A DNA stretch of 64,000 bases from Firmicutes bacterium UBA3738 (GTDB lineage: Bacteria; Bacillota; Clostridia; Peptostreptococcales; Anaerovoracaceae): positions 28,322 through 92,321 of the forward strand of contig DFGY01000062.1 of assembly GCA_002372505.1 (NCBI GenBank), in the 5' to 3' direction. The notes beneath the pieces are model-generated. The model did not search any database. It was not told the DNA's origin and saw only the letters and a list, made by a program, of their open reading frames with translations. Within the stretch, counting starts at the first letter, position 1; each line of letters opens with the position of its first letter. Below, in pieces: positions 18,530 through 26,981 of the stretch. Made by a program: the position numbers and the translations under genes.

Positions 18530-19456
18530 TCAATTCAAAGCCACCTTTGCGATGCTGTTTACGATGTGCTCGCTGCGTTCTCTTATAAGCCGCGCCGCGG
18601 TACTGAAAAATGTTTTCCAGTCTTCATCATTATCGGGATATGGTATTTCCAGCGAATGCCCCGGGAAGAACGGTATTGGCAGATAGTTTTCATCGACCAT
18701 AGACAGCAGCATATTCTTCTCAACAAATGTTCTCCAGCATCCGAAGTGATCCAGCCATGCTTTGGCATACGATATCTCTCTTTTGCCTTCATCCCGGCTC
18801 TTTATACAAAACAGTTTCCTGAGCGGATCGGTATCCGGTATCGTCTGATCCCTATTCGGATCGTGACTGGTGTGGATATCATAATACTCTTTGATTGCCA
18901 TGAGGCAAAGATCCGTCTGGTCATAAGCCGCAAGATAATCAGGTGCTCCGGTGTAGCCTGTCCTTGCGCAGTTGAATCCTCTGGGCACCGGCATGAAGTT
19001 GCCGATAGTATGGCTTACTGCGAGGAAATCCATCGCACCGGCTTTTTCAAGTCTGGCACGACACTCTTTCGAGAATTCTCCCTCTGCTGACAGCAGCTGA
19101 TAAGTGCCTGTCTTTTTTCCGCAAGACAGCCCGAGAAATTTCTTTAACGGTGACCATGCAGATGTAAGCGTATCGCTGAATTCCGCGAGATTCTCAGCTT
19201 CTCTTCTTACCGGGAATTCATCGAGGATCTGCTTTGAATAATCAGAGCTGTCACAGTCAAACAGCCTTATCTCACTGGATGCGCAGATATTGCCCATGAG
19301 CCAGTACAGACATATCTTCTGCAGCGGATCCAGTGCATCCCAGTCACTGCCGATGCTATCCTTTATATCACAGACATGATCGAGCCATCTCATCATCTCG
19401 CCACCTATCTCGTTTTTCACATCGTATTGTGCATTAATTTTTTTGTTGTTTTTCAT
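18530..19456 (-). CDS. Hypothetical protein (308 aa)
   Basis: ATG at 19456 with an AAAGGAAAA RBS. Tightly packed within the operon. No recognisable motif. Confidence 0.65.
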   Translation of the reverse strand: MKNNKKINAQYDVKNEIGGEMMRWLDHVCDIKDSIGSDWDALDPLQKICLYWLMGNICASSEIRLFDCDSSDYSKQILDEFPVRREAENLAEFSDTLTSAWSPLKKFLGLSCGKKTGTYQLLSAEGEFSKECRARLEKAGAMDFLAVSHTIGNFMPVPRGFNCARTGYTGAPDYLAAYDQTDLCLMAIKEYYDIHTSHDPNRDQTIPDTDPLRKLFCIKSRDEGKREISYAKAWLDHFGCWRTFVEKNMLLSMVDENYLPIPFFPGHSLEIPYPDNDEDWKTFFSTAARLIRERSEHIVNSIAKVALN

Positions 19457-19502
19457 TGTTTTTTCCTTTCTATTCTATCTCTTACGAACCACAATAACTT
19501 GT

Positions 19503-20048
19503 CTATCTGGAACCCCTTATTTCTTGCATTACCCCTATCGACTCTTTTGCCTTGTCAAAATCCAGGGTTCCACAGATATATCCGACTATGGAGTAGCACA
19601 GATCGCCCATCATATGCGGGCAAAAGTTTAGAATGTACCACATCGTATCAGTGAAATATTTCTCTAGCATTTCATATCTGATAAGCGTTCCGCTGTATAC
19701 GTCTTTGTTTTCTTCATCGTATATAATCGTGCGGTCATACAGCGTATCCATCTGATATGTTACATTGCCATTTATATAATTCATGATGCGCGCCGCTCTC
19801 TCATCGCCATGCCCGTCTTCAGCCTCTATTGGCTGGCAATAGTATGTCTGGCAATACATGTGTTCATCTTTGAACCTGATGCTTGTCTCGACCACTTTGC
19901 TGATCACATTGTCATCTTCAGTGGCAAAATACAGAGTATCAATATCCTCCATATCTTTCAGACAGCCGTCTTCATTCAGCGGTCTGTACCCTATATTTGC
20001 TTTTTTGAAGTAATCTTTTACAAGCGACAGTGCTTCTTTCTTGTTCAT
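19503..20048 (-). CDS. Hypothetical protein (181 aa)
   Basis: The ATG at 20048 directly abuts the stop of the small upstream ORF (TAAATG). No confident family assignment. Confidence 0.65.
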   Translation of the reverse strand: MNKKEALSLVKDYFKKANIGYRPLNEDGCLKDMEDIDTLYFATEDDNVISKVVETSIRFKDEHMYCQTYYCQPIEAEDGHGDERAARIMNYINGNVTYQMDTLYDRTIIYDEENKDVYSGTLIRYEMLEKYFTDTMWYILNFCPHMMGDLCYSIVGYICGTLDFDKAKESIGVMQEIRGSR

Positions 20049-20192
20049 TTACATCTCCCCTCTCATCACTTTGTTCAGATTATTTATGGCGATTTTCCTT
20101 ATTTCTTTTTTTATTACTTTTTCGTATTCTGCGTTGCCTTTCTGTGTTTTGACATGATTAAGTTCGAATAACAAGCTTTTCATTTTGCTCAT
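20049..20192 (-). CDS. Small basic ORF (47 aa; MSKMKSLLFELNHVKTQKGNAEYEKVIKKEIRKIAINNLNKVMRGEM), not in the supplied ORF track
   Basis: Translated by hand. Strong RBS AAAGGAGG 7 nt before the ATG at 20192. The stop TAA is immediately followed by the ATG of the next gene. Confidence 0.5.
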   Translation of the reverse strand: MSKMKSLLFELNHVKTQKGNAEYEKVIKKEIRKIAINNLNKVMRGEM

Positions 20193-20239
20193 ATGAGATA
20201 CCTCCTTTCGTAATTTCTGATTCAATTATATCTATGCGA

Positions 20240-20257
20240 TGCTCAAAAAATTGAGCA
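20240..20257. promoter_or_regulatory. Operator palindrome site 2 (TGCTCAAAAAATTGAGCA), 10 nt upstream of a TATAAT facing the minus-strand four-gene operon
   Basis: Minus strand reads TGCTCAATTTTTTGAGC-ATCGCATAGA-TATAAT, then the RBS and the ATG at 20192. Confidence 0.7.
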
Positions 20258-20361
20258 TTGATATCTTTTTTGGGAGATTATTATTAAATTTTTTGAAACG
20301 GCGGCATCAAAGCACATATTTCGCATATCGCTTAATAAAAGTGCAGGAACTGCTGGATTTA

Positions 20362-20370
20362 TGCTATAAT
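20362..20370 (+). promoter_or_regulatory. Extended -10 (TGCTATAAT) for the HipA-like gene
   Basis: TGnTATAAT lies 30 nt upstream of the ATG at 20400 and is followed by RBS AAAGGAGGAG. Confidence 0.5.
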
Positions 20371-20399
20371 ACTGAGAACATCGGAAAGGAGGAGCGCGA

Positions 20400-21419
20400 A
20401 TGAAACTGCACATAATGTCCGCAGATAATGAAGTGGCGGTGTTGACTGATTCAGGTCTCACCATTATTGATCCTGCGCTCTGTCCTATGTTCATCAAGAG
20501 AACAAACGATGTCCACACATGGATCAGTAGCAGAGCTATAGAGGGCGTCCGTTCGAATTCCCGCATACTGAAAAAAGTCCATGGGCTGTCTCGTTTCGCT
20601 TCTGACTACGATACTGCTATGGCTTACAATGCGGCCTGCGTCACGGATAACTTCTGGGTCCGCACAGGATCCGAGACATGGGACGATATCCGGTTCACTA
20701 ATGATATCTACTTTCGCATGGCTCTGGACAGTGACAACGAAATGATAGGCAAAGCTCCTTCAAGAACGCCGGAGCTTACCAATATCGGCACACAGGAAAA
20801 AGGCTGGCGCCTCATCGGTGATGAATGGTGGCTATACAAAAGAGAGCCGGACTTTCAGCAAAAGGCAGAAATCCTGACATACCGCATTGGCCGGTTGCTG
20901 GGTTTTGATATGGCGCACTACGAGATGGATGGCGACTATATCCGCACTCTCGATTTCACAAAAGGCGAATATAATCTCCAGCATGCTGACGCTGTAATGC
21001 ACGGCAAGCTGGAAGATGATTATGAATATAATTACGATAAGCTGATGGCAATGGGTCCGGCACTTGCCTCACAGTATCTGGACATCATTTACCTTGACTC
21101 ACTGATGAACAACGTTGATCGCCATCTGAAGAATTACGGCTTTCTCACTTCGCAGGAGGATGGCAGCATTATCAAAATGGCGCCAAACTACGATAACAAC
21201 ATGAGTCTGTACGGATACCCCGGATGTCTTGGCAGTGACCGGTGCGGCGGATTGATGAAGTTCTTTACAGATTTCCTGACAAACAAAGGCATCAAATACG
21301 AGACACCCGAACTGAAAAAAAATGATCTGCTGGATCTTTGCAAAGGATTTGACAGGCCGGAAGAACTGGTCCGCTACATAATGGCCGGACAGGAAGTCGT
21401 GCAGCAATGTTGTGTGTAA
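20400..21419 (+). CDS. HipA-family serine/threonine kinase-like protein (short, 339 aa)
   Basis: GTQEKGW (HipA P-loop-like GxQxK motif), catalytic-loop NNVDRHLKNYGFL (compare HipA DxHxKN), and APNYDNN. Confidence 0.7.
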   Translation: MKLHIMSADNEVAVLTDSGLTIIDPALCPMFIKRTNDVHTWISSRAIEGVRSNSRILKKVHGLSRFASDYDTAMAYNAACVTDNFWVRTGSETWDDIRFTNDIYFRMALDSDNEMIGKAPSRTPELTNIGTQEKGWRLIGDEWWLYKREPDFQQKAEILTYRIGRLLGFDMAHYEMDGDYIRTLDFTKGEYNLQHADAVMHGKLEDDYEYNYDKLMAMGPALASQYLDIIYLDSLMNNVDRHLKNYGFLTSQEDGSIIKMAPNYDNNMSLYGYPGCLGSDRCGGLMKFFTDFLTNKGIKYETPELKKNDLLDLCKGFDRPEELVRYIMAGQEVVQQCCV

Positions 21420-21540
21420 AATCAAAACACACTCCAACTGTTGCAGGTAATTGTACTCTTTTCACATTATCCATTTTAGGTTAAGAGTGCTTTGCCAAAT
21501 AAGTTTGATCTCCGACATATAACGGAACGAAAGGGATAAT

Positions 21541-22776
21541 ATGAAAATGAAAGATAAATGGTTCGAACGAGGTGGATTTCTTTATGATATAACGAAGGAG
21601 TATGGGCGGTTAAGGAAAAAGGACATCAAGGACATCATAGATAATCCAAATAATAATAAATCTGATCTTGATTTTTATGAAATCCTTTTTCTTAATAACC
21701 TTGATAATGTCGCCAAAAATTTTATTACTCGTAGAATCCCCAAAAATGTTAACTCTGTGTCTATTTTTCATACGTGCTTTAATTGGAAGAGTCAAAATAA
21801 TAATGAAAAGAAATTACCTATTATTGATGAATTAAAATCATTTGCAAACACAAACTTTATATATAAACTTCCGGGTGATTGGGATACGGATAGATTGTTG
21901 AGATATTCTTTTCGATGGGATGCTGCACCTAATTATTGGCCACATGTTGAACAACTGCGTTATTCAATTTGTGAAATTAAGAAAAACTATCCACAATATA
22001 ATTATAATAATTGGAATGCAGTTGCAACAAAATCAAGCAGCGCAGAAAAATGGATTCTAAAGGGCAATAATAAAGACACTAGTATGGAAATAGAACTCTC
22101 CTCAGATATATGTACCGGCAAATCTATTGTGGCCGATATTAGTATTATCCCTAGCATGACAAAAAATATTGGACCGAAAAAATTAAAGGAATACATATCT
22201 GATAATGTCAACAAGTTTTATTATCTTGAACCTTTTCTTAATGTGATGTACACATGTGGAAATATGACAACAATACCAAATATAAAAGGATCTAATAAAG
22301 GCGGAGGCAATGATCGCTGGGACGCAAAACTACAAAATATTAAAGACTTTATTGTGGAAGGCAAAGGGAAAAAAATAGGAATAACTTTATACGAAATCTA
22401 CAATAAGAAAAACGAACCCTGGAAACAATACGTCATCGAGCATTATATGAACGACTATGTAAACAAAGACTGGAATGTAAAAAATATTCAATCACCAGAG
22501 GTTGTGTTACAGAAAGATGAAGAACCATCAGCTCGCGGAAACGAAGAAACCTTTTATATAAACGCTGCTAAACTCATCATCCAGCGTGGTTACCGTATAT
22601 ACTATCAATACGAACGAGATAACGAGGGAAAAATCAAATATAAAGATGACAAGCCAGTCAGAAACAAAGACCTCTTCAATGAGGATCTATCTTTCATATG
22701 CAAAGCCAAAGATGAATTGCAAGAAGCATTTAAAGCAGTCGGGATTCCGGAAAACAAACTAGATATAATAGAATAA
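21541..22776 (+). CDS. Hypothetical protein (411 aa), markedly AT-rich gene
   Basis: The ORF has an AAAGGGA RBS. The first 60 nt hold 20/60 G+C by hand count. N/K/I/Y-rich with no recognisable motif. Confidence 0.65.
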   Translation: MKMKDKWFERGGFLYDITKEYGRLRKKDIKDIIDNPNNNKSDLDFYEILFLNNLDNVAKNFITRRIPKNVNSVSIFHTCFNWKSQNNNEKKLPIIDELKSFANTNFIYKLPGDWDTDRLLRYSFRWDAAPNYWPHVEQLRYSICEIKKNYPQYNYNNWNAVATKSSSAEKWILKGNNKDTSMEIELSSDICTGKSIVADISIIPSMTKNIGPKKLKEYISDNVNKFYYLEPFLNVMYTCGNMTTIPNIKGSNKGGGNDRWDAKLQNIKDFIVEGKGKKIGITLYEIYNKKNEPWKQYVIEHYMNDYVNKDWNVKNIQSPEVVLQKDEEPSARGNEETFYINAAKLIIQRGYRIYYQYERDNEGKIKYKDDKPVRNKDLFNEDLSFICKAKDELQEAFKAVGIPENKLDIIE

Positions 22777-22777
22777 C

Positions 22778-22806
22778 CGGTGGTCACGTAGCTTGCATGA
22801 CCACCG
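22778..22806. terminator. Bidirectional terminator hairpin between convergent genes
   Basis: CGGTGGTCA-11 nt-TGACCACCG, a perfect 9-bp stem, between the stop at 22776 (+) and the stop at 22839 (-). Confidence 0.6.
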
Positions 22807-22838
22807 ATTAGAGAGCACAGAGTATCCTTTGAAAACTC

Positions 22839-23993
22839 TTACTTTTTCCCCTCTTTCATAACCCCATACATCTCAGCCATCTGTTTGATCCTGTTTTGTA
22901 TTTCTTCCCTGACTTCCTCAGGTTCCAGGACTTCCATCTTTTCTGCATGCTGAAGAGCGAAGTTTATCATTCCGTAAGGAGAACACAACACTTGGACCAG
23001 ATCGTAGTTCTTGTCGTTCTTATCAGGTCCGAGATATTCGTACTTGTCACCAAAAGCGGCGAACAAAAAATTGTATTCAGGCTCGATGGATTTCCCGTAC
23101 TGATCTTTTTTACTTAGTACTCTTAGCGTCATGTACTGCGGCTTATCGTAAGACATACCAAGATGTGTAAGTGTATATTCCGAATCCCAATGCTGAGGCA
23201 TATTTTCGACTTCTCTCTTAGGTATCCGTTTCGATTCTGTTTTGCTTACATCCGACATAAGATCCACGCGCAGTATATATGTGTTCTTGTATTTTTCGTT
23301 TGCTGCCAGCAGATAGTATTTCCCATCATTGGCCACAATATAGTACGGACTGGCAATCCTTTCATAATTACCCGCAGGAGCCAGTTTTCTTTCACGTGTG
23401 TACCCGTTGAATCTATATTTGATCTGGACATTTTCATCTATAGCCTGTTGTATCGTCCTGAGGTTGTCTCTCAGCTGCTGTATGTCATATTTCGGGGTCT
23501 CATATATCTTGCAGACATTACTGGCGCTTGCTTTGTAGTGTTTAGAAGCGAATTTTTCTTCAAGTGTCTTTATCAGTTTATCCGCTCTTTCCGGTTCCAT
23601 GGTACGAGAGAAGTTTATGGCTTCTACCATACTGCTGATATCTTCATGAGAAAACTCGGGATTATAATACAGATTACTCACTTGAAGATAATCTTTTTCA
23701 AATTCTTCTGTATCACCAGCTTCCCCGTACACAGCTTTGTAATCATCAAAAACGATTCGCCAGTCATCGTCCGGAAGAGGTATATCATTCTCATCCAGAT
23801 TCATTGCATCTGCAAGATTAACAAGAAATGTATGCACCGTAGTCCGGTTGCCCAGGTTAATATTCTTTCCTTCGAAATACTCTCTTATATCCTTTAGATT
23901 GATTTTGTGATCCGGATCCGGATCCGTATTTTTCTTAAGATACTCCAGAAACATAATAGTGCGTCTGGTCTGATTTATCTTTTCCCCTTTCAT
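22839..23993 (-). CDS. HTH + WYL-domain transcriptional regulator (BrxR/CapW/PafBC-like architecture)
   Basis: N-terminal winged-helix-like region (RRTIMFLEYLKKNT...LKDIREYF). Central WYL-like core (ASPYYIVANDGKYYLLAANEKYKNTYILRVDLMSDV). Strong RBS GGGAGGA. Divergent from the AAA+ gene and shares operator site 3. Confidence 0.6.
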   Translation of the reverse strand: MKGEKINQTRRTIMFLEYLKKNTDPDPDHKINLKDIREYFEGKNINLGNRTTVHTFLVNLADAMNLDENDIPLPDDDWRIVFDDYKAVYGEAGDTEEFEKDYLQVSNLYYNPEFSHEDISSMVEAINFSRTMEPERADKLIKTLEEKFASKHYKASASNVCKIYETPKYDIQQLRDNLRTIQQAIDENVQIKYRFNGYTRERKLAPAGNYERIASPYYIVANDGKYYLLAANEKYKNTYILRVDLMSDVSKTESKRIPKREVENMPQHWDSEYTLTHLGMSYDKPQYMTLRVLSKKDQYGKSIEPEYNFLFAAFGDKYEYLGPDKNDKNYDLVQVLCSPYGMINFALQHAEKMEVLEPEEVREEIQNRIKQMAEMYGVMKEGKK

Positions 23994-24054
23994 AATGATC
24001 CTCCCTGAAACAAAGGCTTGTGGATTTTTCGCCTCTTTATATTATATCATGTAC

Positions 24055-24071
24055 GCTCAAAAAATTGAGCA
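24055..24071. promoter_or_regulatory. Operator palindrome site 3 (GCTCAAAAAATTGAGCA) in the divergent WYL / AAA+ promoter region
   Basis: Plus direction reads TTGAGC-ATTGTATTTG-TATCAT. Minus direction reads TTGAGC-GTACATGA-TATAAT. Confidence 0.7.
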
Positions 24072-24127
24072 TTGTATTTGTATCATTATAGCATAATCTA
24101 CATTTCAAACAATCAGCGGAGGGAAAA

Positions 24128-26179
24128 ATGATATTAAAAAAAATTGAATTTGAAATAGCCAGCAAGGAAATATCACAAGCTGTATCCGGCAGATTCGATA
24201 ACGACTATTCAAAGCGTGTAGAATACATCCGTTTGCTGGGAAGTCTGAATGAGCAGCTGATGAAATCATTCAAAGGATCCGGTAATACTTTTTTTGCGGC
24301 GCTGACTAAAGGAGTGGATAACAGGATGTCTGCCATTTTAGCTTATGACATCAAAACCCACACTGAACAGGAATGCATATCGATCATTTCAAAAGTTATA
24401 GGCAAAGCCAAGATACTTTCCTGCCGTGAAATCACGATCACGGACTTTTCAGCGAAGCTGGGAGAGGTAGAAGGTATTCCAACAAACTCCATTATTCACA
24501 CACTTGGTCTGGACATATATGCCACTGCTTCCCTTTTTCATAGTCCTGCGTATGAAATATCTGAAGACATCAAGGACAAGAAAAGATACCCTAAAGAAAA
24601 GTGTCTTATGGAAGCGAAAAAAATCATGGCATCAAAAAGTTTTTTGGATGAAATAAGCCGGATCTATTCAAGGAAAAACACAAGGAAATACTACGGCCAC
24701 CCTGTGCACTATTACATTTCTGCCGGCTCCTGCGGAGCTGCAAAAGATATCACTGATATTCTAATTACAGCACTTCTGCACAACAACAGACTTCCCGGGG
24801 GCCGAGTCACAACAGTCAGCAACATTACTGATAAAGCATCGAAAGAAGTCAACTTCAAAAACATATTTCCGTCATGCCGTGGCGGCACCGTGATCGTAGA
24901 TCTTTCAGCGGAATACGAGATAAACAACTACGCAACAGGATATTTATCAATTGCAAAGGAACTGGGTAATCAGCTCGGCAAATACGGAAATGATACCCTG
25001 TTCATTTTCGTCGACATATCCGGCAGCTCAGTGATACGCGGCGAGACTCTGACAGGGATCCTGGCAAACGGAGATATAATTGAGATCGAAGAGGGCTACG
25101 GCGACTACCGGCAGGCAGTTTCATATCTCCGTGATCTGGCGCAAAGAAGCGAATTCAGTCAGTACGCCGACGATGATCTGCAAACTTATCTTCCCGAAAA
25201 AGAATCATATAATGTTTCTGATATTTTTTTCGCTTACGAGAGATGGTACGGCAAGGGGCTCAAAACTCATATTTATCCTGCTTATGCCGAAATAGATACA
25301 TATCATATCGAGGCCGAAAAACCGAAGAGCAGACCCTATGACAAACTGATGGAAATGATCGGGCTCGATGATATAAAAAAGACCATTGACCGGGTCATAG
25401 ATTCATCAAAGATCCAGACTATACGGCATGACATGGGATTATCGTCCGTCGTTACCCTTCCCCATATGATGTTCTACGGCAATCCCGGCTCTGCGAAAAC
25501 CAGCGTTGCCAGGCTGATGGCTCAGATTCTCAAAGAAGAAGGGGTTCTAAAAAGCGGCCATCTCGTCGAATGTTCCCGAAGCGACTTGGTCGGAAAGTAT
25601 GTGGGATGGACCGCTCAAATAGTAGAAGACAAATTCAAATCTGCCAAAGGTGGTATACTGTTCATAGACGAGGCTTATTCCCTTGCCGATGGCAGCAATA
25701 CTTACGGACAGGAAGCAATCAATATGATAGTTCAGCTGATGGAGAACTACAGAAACGATGTTCTGGTCGTCTTTGCAGGATATCCGGAGAAAATGAAAGA
25801 CTTCATCCGCACCAACGAAGGTCTGAAGAGCAGGATCGCCTTTCATCTGCATTTTAAAGATTATGACCCTGAGGAGATGGTCAGCATACTCAAGCTGATG
25901 GCCAAAGAAAAGGAATTGAATCTCACTGCAGGAGCACTAAATAAATGCAGATCCGTTTTCGAAGAAGTCTGCTGTCTCTCTGATTTTGGCAATGGAAGAT
26001 ACGCCCGGAATCTCCTAGAACAGGCTCAGATGAATCAAGCGGAAAGGCTCTTTCGGATCGGCGAACCAAAAGAGATTACAAAAGAAGATATCAAGTTGAT
26101 AAAAGCATGCGACATAGAATCCGTGAAGCAGATGGGCAATGAACCTGAAAAAATCAAAAAAATTGGATTCAGTATATAA
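24128..26179 (+). CDS. AAA+ ATPase (SpoVK/CbbX-type C-terminal module) with a long N-terminal region holding a degenerate second NTPase-like module
   Basis: Walker A GNPGSAKTS and Walker B GGILFIDEAYSL in the C-terminal module. The N-terminal YYISAGSCGAAKD...GGTVIVDL looks like a decayed P-loop/Walker B pair. Confidence 0.8.
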   Translation: MILKKIEFEIASKEISQAVSGRFDNDYSKRVEYIRLLGSLNEQLMKSFKGSGNTFFAALTKGVDNRMSAILAYDIKTHTEQECISIISKVIGKAKILSCREITITDFSAKLGEVEGIPTNSIIHTLGLDIYATASLFHSPAYEISEDIKDKKRYPKEKCLMEAKKIMASKSFLDEISRIYSRKNTRKYYGHPVHYYISAGSCGAAKDITDILITALLHNNRLPGGRVTTVSNITDKASKEVNFKNIFPSCRGGTVIVDLSAEYEINNYATGYLSIAKELGNQLGKYGNDTLFIFVDISGSSVIRGETLTGILANGDIIEIEEGYGDYRQAVSYLRDLAQRSEFSQYADDDLQTYLPEKESYNVSDIFFAYERWYGKGLKTHIYPAYAEIDTYHIEAEKPKSRPYDKLMEMIGLDDIKKTIDRVIDSSKIQTIRHDMGLSSVVTLPHMMFYGNPGSAKTSVARLMAQILKEEGVLKSGHLVECSRSDLVGKYVGWTAQIVEDKFKSAKGGILFIDEAYSLADGSNTYGQEAINMIVQLMENYRNDVLVVFAGYPEKMKDFIRTNEGLKSRIAFHLHFKDYDPEEMVSILKLMAKEKELNLTAGALNKCRSVFEEVCCLSDFGNGRYARNLLEQAQMNQAERLFRIGEPKEITKEDIKLIKACDIESVKQMGNEPEKIKKIGFSI

Positions 26180-26181
26180 AA

Positions 26182-26199
26182 TGCTCAATTTTTTGGGCA
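26182..26199. promoter_or_regulatory. Operator palindrome site 4 (TGCTCAATTTTTTGGGCA, one arm mismatch), 10 nt upstream of a TATAAT
   Basis: TTGGGC-ATACGGTCGC-TATAAT, then RBS AAAGGAG and the ATG at 26265. Confidence 0.6.
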
Positions 26200-26264
26200 T
26201 ACGGTCGCTATAATTAACATTGAAAGTTGATTTCATAGCATTCTTAAATAAAGGAGCATTCGAA

Positions 26265-26642
26265 ATGAGTAACAAAAGAAAATACGAACCTATCGAGACT
26301 TATCGCTACAATAATGTTTGTAAGAATTGCAAAAACATCTATTATTATTTTAAAGACGAAGAATATGCTATAATTAAATGCGAGCATAATGTGGCGACCT
26401 GCCTGCTCAACGGAGCCATGCAATTTGTTTATCGGAAACCCGGAGAAGAACTAATCAAATCTGAAGTGCCCCTGCATATTTGTAAGAATTGCAAAAACAC
26501 ATATTATGATTTAGAAGACGACGGATATGTTCTTAAATGCAGGCATAATATGGCAGGCTGCCTGTCCAACGATGCCACGCATTTTGTTTACCGGAAACCC
26601 GGAGAGGAAATCGCCAAATCCGATGTGATTCTATCCGAATAA
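26265..26642 (+). CDS. Small Cys-rich protein with two tandem zinc-ribbon-like repeats (125 aa)
   Basis: Internal duplication: CKNCKNIYYYFKDEEYAIIKCEHNVATCL..FVYRKPGEE versus CKNCKNTYYDLEDDGYVLKCRHNMAGCL..FVYRKPGEE. The ATG at 26265 with RBS is preferred over the TTG at 26220. Confidence 0.7.
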   Translation: MSNKRKYEPIETYRYNNVCKNCKNIYYYFKDEEYAIIKCEHNVATCLLNGAMQFVYRKPGEELIKSEVPLHICKNCKNTYYDLEDDGYVLKCRHNMAGCLSNDATHFVYRKPGEEIAKSDVILSE

Positions 26643-26681
26643 TTCGTATATTGTTATAAATGATAAGGACAGGGAATTGAA

Positions 26682-26960
26682 ATGTTTGATAATAAAGTAA
26701 TCAAGAAAATAATAGCTTCAGGATGTGATGAGTCTTTTATAGAGGATGTGCATTCTTTATTCGATATTGTTCGATGTGATGACTGCCATACCCAAAAAGA
26801 AAAAGAACTCATCGTTTACAATTGTAAAAGCACTGTGGAAAGAATCAATGCTGTGGCAGAAGAGAAAGGCTTTGAAAGGTTTTATACAAAAGATGAACAC
26901 ATCGATTTTGAGAAAGATTTAAGAGATTATGTATTGGGCGTAGTCAAGCAAATGATGTAA
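26682..26960 (+). CDS. Hypothetical small protein (92 aa)
   Basis: ORF in the same operon; contains CDDCH and further Cys residues. No family recognised. Confidence 0.55.
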   Translation: MFDNKVIKKIIASGCDESFIEDVHSLFDIVRCDDCHTQKEKELIVYNCKSTVERINAVAEEKGFERFYTKDEHIDFEKDLRDYVLGVVKQMM

Positions 26961-26981
26961 TAATTCAGGAGATCAAATGAT

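Noticed and set aside
20243-20566. A 107-aa minus-strand ORF overlapping the HipA-like start and promoter
   Set aside because: It is antisense to a motif-supported gene and its promoter, has no RBS, and its composition is implausible.
16979-26199. The TGCTCAA-N4-TTGAGCA palindromes as simple intrinsic terminators
   Set aside because: The stem is only 6-7 bp and AT-rich with a 4-nt loop. Two of the four sites sit in divergent promoter regions with no upstream gene to terminate. All keep a fixed distance to a -10 box.
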